A DNA stretch of 64,000 nt. Origin: the human T2T-CHM13v2.0 reference genome, Homo sapiens. The notes beneath the pieces are model-generated. The model was not told the origin of the DNA, did not search any database, and saw only the letters and a list, made by a program, of their open reading frames with translations. A program made the translations under genes and the position numbers. The DNA lies in assembly GCF_009914755.1 (NCBI RefSeq), contig NC_060944.1; one strand, written 5' to 3'. This document shows positions 1-17,175 of the stretch, piece by piece (positions within the stretch are counted from its first letter, which is position 1; the number at the start of each line of letters is the position of its first letter).

Positions 1-1034
1 TACTTTACTAGTTTAAGTCTCTTGTTTTAAAGAAAATCTGAAGATCGTCCTTTATTCTTGTCCCAGTTTTAGTATTGTGACACCTAATTTGTTGGCATGA
101 AGTTGTTCATCATATTCCATTTAAATCCTTTTACTTTCTGTATGGTTGGTAATATTTACTCTTTCATGCCTCATTTTAGTAATTTAAGTTTCTCTATTTC
201 TTTCTTGGTCAGTCTAGATAGAAATTGATCATTTTTTGGATCTTTTCAAATAGCTGACTTCTGGTTCCATTGATTTTTCTCTCGTTATTTAGTTTTCCAT
301 TTTATTAATTTTTTACTCAGATATTTATGACATCCTGCCCTCTGTTTCCTTTGGCTTAAATTTGTTCTTTTTTACCTATTTTTTTTTTTAGGCGTGAGCT
401 GGGATTACTTATTTGACATTTGTTTCTTCTTATAATGTATATTCAAGGCTATCACTTTCTTTCAAACACTGTTTTAACTGTGTCCTGTAAATTTTGATTT
501 GTTGTGTTTTAATTTTTATATAGTTGAAAATACTTCTGTAGCCATTGTGATTTTTTATTTTTCTAATGAGTTATTTATTAATGTGTTGTTTAATTTCCAA
601 ATATTCAGGGATTTTGTTGTTTCCTATTATTTATTCTTAATTAAATCTCATTAAGGTTGAAGGACATAGTTTGTATAATTTCTCTTTTAAATTGATTGAG
701 ACTTGATATGTGGCTTAGTGTCTGATATGTTCTGGGGAATATGCCATGTGAACAAGGAAAGAATGAGTGTTCTGTCCTGCAAAGTGTTTTATACAGATTC
801 GCAAGGTCGTGTGAGTTAATTCCTGTTCGTGTCTCCTGTTCTTTCTGTTTGTCTGCCTAGTTGTCACAATTAGGAGTGGAGTATCAGAAATATTTACTTT
901 TAGGGAATTGTCTATTTCTTTCTTTTATTTTGTCAGTGTTTACTTCATGTGTTTTGGGGCTCCGTTGTTAAGAGTGTGTACATTTATAATTGTTATATCT
1001 TGCTGAACTGTTGGCCATTTTATTATAAAGCTTC
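1..1034 (-). mobile_element. Old L1M-type LINE fragment (ORF2 region, antisense); host of the nested insertions, continues at about 7122
   Basis: T-rich degenerate L1 ORF2 antisense sequence (e.g. ttggtcagtctag, ggctatcactttc, gaaagaatgagtgttctg); resumes as tgtccctctttg...ttaaagtctgtcttgtctgatatt after the LTR. Confidence 0.7.
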
Positions 1035-1128
1035 TGTCACTGAAACACCAGGGGTTCCATCTAGAACCTGCTGCTCCACACACAGAAAGCCAATCACTGA
1101 GACGATTATTGCCAAGGAAGAGGGCTTT
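1035..1128 (-). mobile_element. ERV1-class LTR (LOR1-like), 3' portion; split by the L1 insertion
   Basis: tgtcactgaaacaccaggggttc...gaaagccaatcactgagac is the reverse complement of the 3' ends of the LTRs at 12094-12897 and 20622-21066. Confidence 0.8.
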
Positions 1129-1347
1129 TTTAAAAAATTATTATTATACTTTAAGTTTTAGGGTACATGTGCACAATGTGCAGGTTAGTTACATATGTAT
1201 ACATGTGCCATGCTGGTGTGCTGCACCCATTAACTCGTCATTTAGCATTAGGTATATCACCTAATGCTATCCCTCCCCCATCCCCTCACCCCACAACAGT
1301 CCCCAGAGTGTGATGTTCCCCTTCCTGTGTCCATGTGTTCTCATTGT

Positions 1348-5184
<3,837 letters not shown>

Positions 5185-5232
5185 TTATTTTGCTCGTTAG
5201 TTGATGCAGTTTCTTCCTAGCCTCGATGGTCT

Positions 5233-6248
5233 TTACAATTTGGCATGATTTTGCAGGGGCTGGTACCGATTGTTCCTTTCCATGTTTAGTGCTTCCTTCA
5301 GGAGCTCTTTTAGGGCAGGCCTTGTGGTGACAAAATCTCTCAGCATTTGCTTGTCTGTAAAGTATTTTATTTCTCCTTCACTTATGAAGCTTAGTTTGGC
5401 GGGATATGAATTTCTGGGTTGAAAATTCTTTTCTTTAAGAATGTTGACAATTGGCCCCCGCTGTCTTCTGGCTTGTAGAGTTTCTGCCAAGAGATCCACT
5501 GTTAGTCTGATGGGCTTCCCTTTGTGGGTAACCCGACGTTTCTCTCTAGCTGCCCTTAACATTTTTTCCTTCATTTCAACTTTGGTGAATCTGACAATTA
5601 TGTGTCTTGGAGTTGCTCTTCTCAAGGAGTATCTTCATGGCATTCTCTGTATTTCCTGAATCTGAATGTTGGCCTGCCTTGCTAGATTGGGGAAGTTCTC
5701 CTGGATAATATCCTGCAGAGTGTTTTCCAACTTGGTTCCATTCTCCCCGTCACTTTCAGGTACACCAATCCGATGTAGATTTGGTCTTTTCACATAGTCC
5801 CATATTTCTTGGAGGTGTTGTTCATTTCTTTTTATTCTTTTTTCTCTAAACTTCCCTTCTCACTTCATTTCATTCATTTCATCTTCCATCACTGATACCC
5901 TTTCTTCCACTTGATCGCATCAGCTCCTGAGGCTTCTGCATTCTTCATGTAGTTCTCGAGCCTTGGCTTTCAGCTCCATCAGCTCCTTTAAGGACTTCTC
6001 TGCATTGGTTATTCTAGGTATCCATTCGTCTAAATTTTTTTCAAAGTTTTAACTTCTTTGCCTTTGATTTGAATTTCCTCCTGTAGCTCGGAGTGGTTTG
6101 ATCATCTGAAGCCTTCTTCTCTCGACTCGTCAAAGTCATTCTCCGTCCAGCTTTGTTCCGTTGCTGGTGAGGAACTGCGTTCCTTTGGAGGAGGAGAGGC
6201 GCTCTGCTTTTTAGAGTTTCCAGTCTTTCTGCTCTGTTTTTTTCCCAT
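5233..6248 (-). pseudogene. L1 ORF1p, disrupted
   Basis: ATG at 6248 (MGK...); only the C-terminal 130 aa (RATPRHIIVRFTKVEMKEKMLRAAREK...QPLQNHAKL) remain open. Confidence 0.9.
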
Positions 6249-6758
6249 CTTTGTGGTTTTATCTACTTTTGGTCTTTGATGATGGTGATGTACAGATGGG
6301 TTTTTGGTGTGGATGTCCTTTCTGTTTGTTAGTTTTCCTTCTAACAGACAGGACCCTCAGCTGCAGGTCTGTTGGAGTTTGCTAGAGGTCCACTCCAGAC
6401 CCTGTTTGCCTGGGTATCAGCAGCGGTGGCTGCAGAACAGTGGATTTTCGTGAACCTCGAATGCTGCTGTCTGATCGTTCCTCTGGAAGTTTTGTCTCAG
6501 AGGAGTACCCGGCCATGTGAGGTGTCAGTCTGCCCGTACTGGGGGGTGCCTCCCAGTTAGGCTGCTCGGGGGTCAGGGGTCAGGGACCCACTTGAGGAGT
6601 CAGTCTGCCCGTTCTCAGATCTCCAGCCGCATGCTGGGAGAACCACTGCTCTCTTCAAAGCTCAGATGGAAATGCAGAAATCACCCGTCTTCTGCGTCGC
6701 TCATGCTGGGAGCTGTAGACCGGAGCTGTTCCTATTCGGCCATCTTGGCTGCCTCGCC

Positions 6759-7121
6759 GGAAGAGGGCTTTAATCAGGTGCTGCAGCCGAGGAGATGGGA
6801 GCTCAGTCTCAAATCCGTCTCCCTGCAGACTAAAGTTAGGGGTTTATATAGCAGGGAAGAAGTGTAACAATGTATAGGAAAACAGGAACTCTGGAGGGAC
6901 AAGGAAGCAATCGTGATGAATGAGGGGCTTGGTGTCTCATAGTCTGGATGCAGTGATTTGGTGAGTTTCGGTTCTTCACTACTTTTTGAAAGGCCTGGGG
7001 GTACTTTTCTGAGGAAGGAACTCAGATAAAACAATTTTAAGTTTCAATCTTTAAGACCAGAAGTGTCAATTTCTCTATTTATCCAAAAAAAATTGTCTAC
7101 TGGACTATTGGTTCAGTTTCA
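6759..7121 (-). mobile_element. ERV1-class LTR (LOR1-like), 5' portion
   Basis: Continues across the TSD; contains reverse-complement TATA (ggtttatatagcaggg); ends in ...gtttca (= TGAAAC start on the - strand). Confidence 0.8.
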
Positions 7122-7750
7122 TGTCCCTCTTTGTGTCTAATAATATTTTCTGTCTTAAAGTCTGTCTTGTCTGATATTAACATAGCCACTCTTTCTTAAT
7201 TATTATTGTTTGTGTGATGTATCTTTTCCTATCCTTTTACTTACAATTGATTTTTGTAAATAGAAGGGACATACCTGAATCACATTTTCGAAATTTAGCC
7301 TTACAATCTCTGTCTTTTGATTGGAGTATTTAGTCCATTGGCATTAACCATAATTTCGATGATTGGAATAATGTCTGCCATTTTGATTTTTGTTTTCTGC
7401 ATGTATCCTGGTTTAGTAGTTATTATTGTTTCTCTACTTCTTCTTACTTCTGTTTTTGTATGTTAAGTAAATATGTTTAGCGTACCATTTTAGTTTCTCT
7501 GTTGATATTTTAACTGTATTGTTATTTTCTTAGTATTGTCTCTGCAAATTACAATAAGCATCTTAATTTATCCAAGTTACTTCAAGTTAGTGCTAACTTC
7601 ATTCCAGTAAAATATAGAAACCGCACTCCAGTACAGCCCAATTGTCCCCATTTTTTGCTCATACTGTCATGTATGTATTTCACAGGCATGTTATAAATCC
7701 AACAGTAGTGTTACAACAGTTGATTTATACAATTATGTCTTTTAAAAATT
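7122..7750 (-). mobile_element. Old L1M fragment (continuation of 1-1034)
   Basis: Degenerate antisense L1 ORF2 5' region (acaatctctgtcttttgattggagtatttagtccatt). Confidence 0.65.
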
Positions 7751-7764
7751 ATAACAAGGAAAAA

Positions 7765-8285
7765 CAGTTTGGAGGTTTCTCAAAGAACTAGAAATAGAAC
7801 TACCATTTGATCGAGCAATATCAGAAATCAATATATCAAAAAGATACCTGCTCTCATATGTTTATTGCAGCACTATTCACAATAGCAAAGATAGGGAATC
7901 AACCTAAGTGTCTATTAATGGATAATTGGATTTTTTAAAAATGTGGTATATATATATATACACAATGGAATACTCTTCATCCCTAAAAAAGAATGAAATT
8001 ATGTCAGTTGCAGCAACATGGATGGAACTGGAGGCTGTTATCTTGAATGAAACAAGCCAGGCACAGGAAGACAAACATCACATGTTCACCTCCTAAGTGG
8101 GTGGAAACTCAGAAGGGTGAGAGAGTGGGAGCAGGGAGGATGATGATAAATTGGTTAATGGGGTACAAGGTATGTAATTTGGGTGATGGATATTCTAAAA
8201 AGCCATGACCTGACCACTATGCAATTTATGCATGTCATAAAAGTGCACATGTACTCCATAAATGTGTACAAATAAAAAGGAAAAA
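7765..8285 (+). mobile_element. L1MA-type 3' end fragment
   Basis: cagtttggaggtttctcaaagaactagaaatagaactaccatttgatc...gcagcaacatggatggaactggagg...aataaaa. Confidence 0.8.
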
Positions 8286-8329
8286 AGATCTATAAGCCTT
8301 AAACAAACAAACGACACAGGATCACAGGA

Positions 8330-10520
<2,191 letters not shown>

Positions 10521-10792
10521 TTTCCTGGGCATGAGATCGGCCTGCCTCCTGACTGCCCTAGCAGAAGCCGTGCCAGGATACTATCTAAGCGCTGGGCGTG
10601 CATTTCCCAACATGCAGTAAATATGGACAAAGAATGTGTTGATGCCCACACATGGCTTGTGGTTAGGTTGAGAATGTTAATCAAATTAATTATCTTTCAA
10701 TAATATGATATCTATTTGCTTATGGCATTAGAAAATTAAATTACTCATTTCTCTCTGTTGGAGCAGTCCCTAAATAGAGAAATGCATTTAGA

Positions 10793-11032
10793 TATTCCAG
10801 ATTCTTCCAGATCTGCATGTGGATCACTCACACAAAGGAACCAGTTTCACCTTCTTATAGTTGCATCTCATTTATTCCAGATTCTTCCAGATCTGTGTGT
10901 GGATCACTCACACAAAGGAATCAGTTTCACCTCCTTATAGTTGCATCTCATTTATTCCAGATTCTTCCAGATCTGTGTGTGGATCACTCACACAAAGGAA
11001 TCAGTTTCACCTCCTTATAGTTGCATCTCATT
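10793..11032. repeat. Tandem repeat, 80-bp unit x3
   Basis: Units start at 10793, 10873 and 10953; copies 2 and 3 identical, copy 1 differs at 4 positions. Confidence 0.95.
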
Positions 11033-12093
11033 TTGTGCTGCCCAAATTGCAGCAACCACCTTATTCTGTGAAGAGCCACCAGCATGAATAACTGGCTCAT
11101 CCTAGAAATTGAATTTCCTTCATGAAGCAAATATGTGCCACCATTGAGGGCATGCCAAATACTTACAATTTTCAAAAATGAAATCAAAAATATTTTGTGA
11201 AATATGAACATGATTGGAATAGTAGTATGGCATCTAATGTTTTAATTTTCTATATCAAAAATATAATAACTCATTTAAATGTGTCACTCAAGGCATGTTT
11301 CTCAAAAAATAAAAATCAATATCTTTACACTATTATCTTAGACATTCTCATCTTATGTGCATCAATAAAAGGCATTGGGGTGTGAAATGTAGCCATTTGG
11401 TGAGAGGGAAAGAATCTCCCAGATAATAATACAAGGGGACCATTCTTCATTTTCCTCTGAAACAATGTGATAAGAAAAGGGGTGCTGGCATCTATCCAAA
11501 TGTGTGTGCTGAGAAAAGAAAATCTTTTTAATTTTTCAGACTTGTGCTTTTCAGATCTCTTGATGTGGCTTCCATGCCACTATGTAAAATTGTGGGTGAG
11601 TAGAGACCTGTTCCATCTGTGGCTGCCTTAATAAAGGGAACAATGGTCAAAGAATTGTAATCTTTTGTTACTGTAAGGCTATAACTATTATAATGAAATC
11701 CAACTTTTCTGTATTTACATGGAGCTATGAGTGAAATACCTTCTGACACAAGTAATTGTGACAAATGTAGTTTGAGTAGTTAAGAGGCCCATAATTCATG
11801 AACCTCTTCCACACTCAGTTTTGAACAAATAGTAGTAAAATGTTGATTCTAAATGAAATTGTAGTTTAATAAAGTTGTCCCAAACTTGACTGAAGGCCCT
11901 CTTGTCTCAAGTAGTACTCACTGAAACAAAATCCAGTACCAATAAAAAGGATCCTTCAGAATGCCCTATAATGTAGATGTGTTCGATGGCTTATTAAAAC
12001 ATCTCTCTTTATGGACCTGCCTCTGTCTTCAGCACTTTGGTAACTCTCTAATATGTGTCTAAAGTATATTTCTGCAGTGATTAGCCTTGAGGC

Positions 12094-12897
12094 TGAAACT
12101 GGCCCAATTATCCCATAGAACTGATATTTATGGTTTCTTTGAATAAACAGAAATCGATCCTCCCAATCTTAAAACTTGAAAAAGTTAGATTTGTCTTATC
12201 TGAGTTCCTTTCTCAGGAAACCAACCATCAGCCCTCCCAGAGAGCACCAGGAACTGAAACTCACCAAATCACTAGATCTGGAGGATGAGACACCGGACCC
12301 CTCACCCATCACAATTGCCTAAATGACCACATGCTGCGTGTTGACCAGCTCCTCATCCTTATCACTCCCTAAATCTTGTTTTCCCACACAGGGTTAAATT
12401 TCTTTCCTGTTATATAAACTCCTAATTAAATTTATTTATTTAGAGATAGGGTCTTGCTCTGTCACCCAGGCTGGAGTGCAGTGGCACAATCTTGGCTCAG
12501 TTAAGCCTTGACCTCCCAGACTCAAGCAATCTTCCCACCACAACCTCCTGAGTAGCTCAGACTACAGGTGCTCACCACCATGTCCAGCTAATTTTTGTAT
12601 TTGTTTTTTTGTAGAGACAGGGTCTGTGTTACCCAGGCTGATCTCACACTTTTGGACTCAAGTGATCTGTCTGTCTTGGCCTCCCCCAAGTGCTAGGATT
12701 ACAGGCATGAACTATTGCACCTGGCAAAATCCCGAATTTTAGTTGGTTGGGGGGACAGATTTGAGGCTGACTTCCCATCTCTGTGGCTGCAACACCCAAT
12801 TAAAGCCTTCTCCCTGGCAGTCCTCATTGTCTCAGTGATGGACTTTCTGTTCAGCGAGCAGCAGGACCGTGGCCAAACCCCTAGCATTTCAGTAACA
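12094..12897 (+). mobile_element. ERV1-class solo LTR (LOR1-like) with 4-bp TSD AGGC, interrupted by an Alu
   Basis: TG...CA termini, TATA (tatataaac ~12411), ATTAAA poly(A) signal (~12799); AGGC at 12090-12093 and 12898-12901. Confidence 0.85.
12428..12725 (-). mobile_element. Alu (AluJ-like) inside the LTR
   Basis: Full dimeric antisense Alu; degenerate TSD aaactcctaatt/aaatcccgaatt. Confidence 0.9.
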
Positions 12898-14799
12898 AGG
12901 CCTTGAGAATTCCTTTCAACCTGACCAATGTAGATAAAAACAGCATCTCCTACTTATCATATCATAATATTATAAGGAAAAAAGTGATGATAAACATTAA
13001 AATTAAACAGAAGAAACACATTATTTGAATTCAATATATTGGTGATGACAGTGTGTTGATTTAAAAGAGTAAAGAGAAACAGTCTTTGTATTACAATACA
13101 GTTCAGATATGTATTAATCATGCTACACAACAGGGGCAGAGTGCACATTAAAATCCAAAGGTGAGCCCAGCTTTTATTTCAACCAATATCTTTCTTCCTT
13201 TTTCTCTAGCAAACGATTTCACAGTATTTCCTAAAAACAGAAGAACCCACATCTGAAACATTGGTAGTTTGGGGTGCATCACAAGCTCTCATATGTAGAA
13301 AGAAACTGTAATATGTTACAGGCCATGAGGCTGTAGTGATTCTCAGTGTGCTGTACTGTTAAAAGGTAGATCTCCAAAATAATAAAAAGAGGTGCGTTAT
13401 TTGTTGGAGATGTTGTGGCTGTTAAAATCATTAGAAGGGTGAGGATAGTCTGTCCTTACAGATGAAGAACAAGCTCATCGATCTTTAATGGACTTGGTAC
13501 AAATGGTACACGTGGCTGGCACTCTGATTCATCTGGAAGAAGCAGCAGCAGAAAGAGGTGAGAAGGAGGCCCCCACTGTGCAAAGTGTGCTGAATGATTC
13601 TTGCCTGGGCTCATCTGTATTGAAGAATGTGTTCTCATTCACAAGTTGAGGAAAGAGGAAAGCTGCTGCTGTGCTGTCCTGGAACTTGGAGCTGGCTGAA
13701 GATTCCAGAAGAAAAGATGTTTTCCTCCTGGATAATGAAGCCCGCATTGTGCCCCATGTACCAGACCCCGGAAGAACACGAGACTGTGTTAATGAAAACA
13801 GCCTCTGTCCAGCTTAAAGAATAAATCTTCAGAAAATGAGGTACCTGCTATTGTTCACTGGTGTTCATTAAAAAACACCCCCTTGATACGGTTCATCTGA
13901 ATCTTCAGTAAGTTTTCACTGGACCTCAAATTCCCATGTAGGCAAAAAGTAAGCCAGCTTCAGTGATACCATATGTTAGGGGACAAGTAATTAGAAATCC
14001 CATTTTTGGAAAGGTGAGAACCACCGGGGATATAGTGGAAGTCTGTGCCACCCTGAAACAAGAATATGTGAAGGAAGGAACATTCCTCAGTTACAATGCA
14101 AGAAGTATCTTTAGAAACGGAATGTATAGCTCAGAATCCTATAACCTTACATAAGACATGGCACACAGAGGCCGAGACTGTAAAATACAGCTTCAAGAAT
14201 CATTCAGCCGAGATAACAGTGGTGCTTCAAGGAGGCCTGGTGGTGGAGGGTGCTGGGACAGGATGGGGGACGGGGCATCTGTAACTTGAGGTCCCAGCAG
14301 ACAGCTATTCTCCCAGCAAAGCATGTAGTGTTCTTCTGGCCCAGGCTGGGTGATGTTTGGGTGTTTCTCAATGTGGTAGATGCTATGGAATTTGTTTCTT
14401 CTAGAAAATAGAGGGGAAAGCAAGCCACTAGGACAGATTAGTCCATTGTTGTGTCTCTTCCTCTAATGCTTTGCTTTAGCCGTTTAAAAATGCCCCTGGG
14501 CAGCAGATCACCCGACAGCTCAATAAATCCAGACTCCCTGTGGGGGATCTCCCAGCAGCCCCAACTCCCACCTTCTCCTTCCCCCGCTTCACAGCCCTGA
14601 GTCTCAGCCCCTTTTTCAACTTCTCAACCACTCCATGGGCTTTCCTGTCTTGGGAGTCCTTGCAGCCCTTCCTTCTGCCTGGAATGTTCTTTCTCTTGCC
14701 CTTCACTTGGCTGGCTTCTTATCACCCTCCAGATCTCCATTTAAATGCCATTATTTGTGTGTGTGTGTGTGTGTACTTGTTATTTTCTGTCTTGCCGGA

Positions 14800-15100
14800 C
14801 ACAGTTGTCTTAGGTCACATTTCCCAGAAGCAGACACTGATGTGGGAGCCATGAGCAAGTGATTTGCTAAGAGATTCCTCCCAGGGAGGAGCAGTGAGTG
14901 AGTGGGGAATTCATGCAGGGGAGCTGTCTCAGCCAGAGTCCCACAGAGGGAATCTCAGCCTGACCTGGAGGGGACTCTGCCATGCAGGTGATGGCTGTGA
15001 TGGTTGAAGGCCTGCTGGCTGCCACCACCAGGGAGCTGTGCAGGGAGCAGCCACAGGCTCCCTGAGGAGCAGAGAAGTCAACTCCTAGACAGGTCTCCAG
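14800..15100. mobile_element. MaLR (MLT1-type) LTR fragment
   Basis: tgtcttaggtcacatttcccagaagcagacactga...agtgatttgctaag resembles an MLT1 terminus. Confidence 0.45.
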
Positions 15101-15170
15101 ATCTTAGCCCAGAGCTCGCACACAGTAGGCACATAATTATAATTAATATTTGGCTGATTCATCTAAGATA

Positions 15171-15288
15171 TAAATGAAACTATCAGAGAAGTTTGAAATA
15201 TCTGAAGAAAATAAATGAAATATCTGAAGAAATAAATGAAACTATCAGAGAAATAAATGAAACTATCAGAGAATAAATGAAACTATCA
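15171..15288. repeat. Short tandem repeat, ~21-bp unit (AAATAAATGAAACTATCAGAG), about 5-6 degenerate copies
   Basis: Repeated taaatgaaactatcagag / tgaaatatctgaagaa units. Confidence 0.8.
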
Positions 15289-15878
15289 AAGCCCTGCGGG
15301 TATCCTGATTTCAGAAGCATGGGTCTAAGGCGCTGGTGTACACCGTGGTCTTAATCACTGAAGCAGTCAGCTTGTTGTGTGAAGGGCTGGACTTGTTCTG
15401 ATTACATTTGGCTGCAATCACTAATCACTAATCACTGCACACATCCCTTAAAGTGTACTCCATGGAATCCTCATCTCATGGAAAGAAAAATGGTTTGGGA
15501 GCACTGAGTTCCCGTCCCCATCTCTGAAAACTCAGAGTGAAGGAGCCACCCTGAGTGATGCCCCGTCCAAAGCCCTCTCCCAAGTCCGTCAGGCTTCAGC
15601 CTGTGTGTGAATTACCTGGGTCTGGTTAAAGTGCAGCTCCCAGGGCAGGTTGGGGCGGGACTGAGAGTCTGCATTCCTACGGCTGCTAGGGGCCCCACCC
15701 TGAGCGGGAAGGACATGGACTTTCCTAGTTGAAGGTCCAAATGCATGTTCTCTAACCACTTCAGGGACAGAGGAGGCACGAGACTGACCTTTCTTGGGAG
15801 CATAACCCTTCTCTAGCCACATGGCCTGACCCCTTGTAGCTCCTTATGGAAGCCCCAAGATCACACCTGCCCTCTTCT

Positions 15879-16198
15879 TGTTGCTGGACTTTTCCTTAGT
15901 TCAGCTAAAGACAGGGTCCTTGTCTGTCTCACAGCCATGAAAATTCAGGCTTGCGGATGGTTTGAAGGGTGAGTAAAGCAGGGTTTTATTGAGTAAAAAG
16001 GAAGAAAAGGAGGAAACAGGGACTCTCCAGAAGCCCAGAGTCCCTGCTGGAGTGCTTCCCCCTGGCAGTTCAAATCCCAGGTTCCACACAGGCAGAGTAA
16101 ACAGCACAGACTTCTGTGGCTCCACATCGGTGCACACTCTCTCCAGTGTGCAGGCTGCTTGGAGTTTTTCCAGGGCCCCCTCCCACCTGGCTGTCTCA
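15879..16198 (-). mobile_element. ERV1-class LTR (MER61-like)
   Basis: TG...CA termini; ggacttttccttagttcagctaaagacagggtccttg; AATAAA on the - strand (~15985). Confidence 0.65.
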
Positions 16199-16674
16199 TT
16201 TTAAGGATGGCCCATCCAGTGAAGACAACTCTCACACCTGCACTTCCTGCCCAGGGGAGCCCTCTGAAGGACATCCCCAGCATCTCCACTCTCCCCAGGA
16301 TGGTAAGCCACTCTCCTGGGTCCCCCGTCACTCTGGGGCCCTCTTGAAAAGAGCCTTGAAAAGGAGAGCCCAAAGGGGCTCTGACCTGTGTGATGTGGAA
16401 CAGAGCCTCCAGCCTCCTCCTTTCTGGAGACATCCCTGCAAGTCTTAGCTTCCAAGCACCGCTCCTCTAACTCCTGCCCCATATGGAGTCCATCCAGCAG
16501 GGCCTGTGCCCACCTGGTGGCATCTGCCTACTGCCTCCCTGAAAACTCAGGAGGCTCCTTCCAGGATGGGAGGGAGGCACGGAGAGCACACTGGGCTTCC
16601 CACTTGGCCCATGTGATGTGCGTATGATGGGGGCACCATCCTCTCCACTGTGTCTGCAGTTGCTAGAAATGCTG

Positions 16675-17175
<501 letters not shown>

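Noticed and set aside
6249-6758. L1 antisense promoter/ORF0 driving chimeric SYNDIG1 transcripts (the orientation would fit)
   Set aside because: The antisense promoter/ORF0 region lies within the 5'UTR intron that is missing from this copy
10793-11032. CRISPR-like array (also considered for 15171-15288 and 30515-31388)
   Set aside because: Head-to-tail tandem units without unique spacers, in a eukaryotic context with no cas genes
16509-16522. CTCF-like quasi-palindrome CCCACCTGGTGGCA
   Set aside because: A core mismatch on either strand; not supportable without ChIP data
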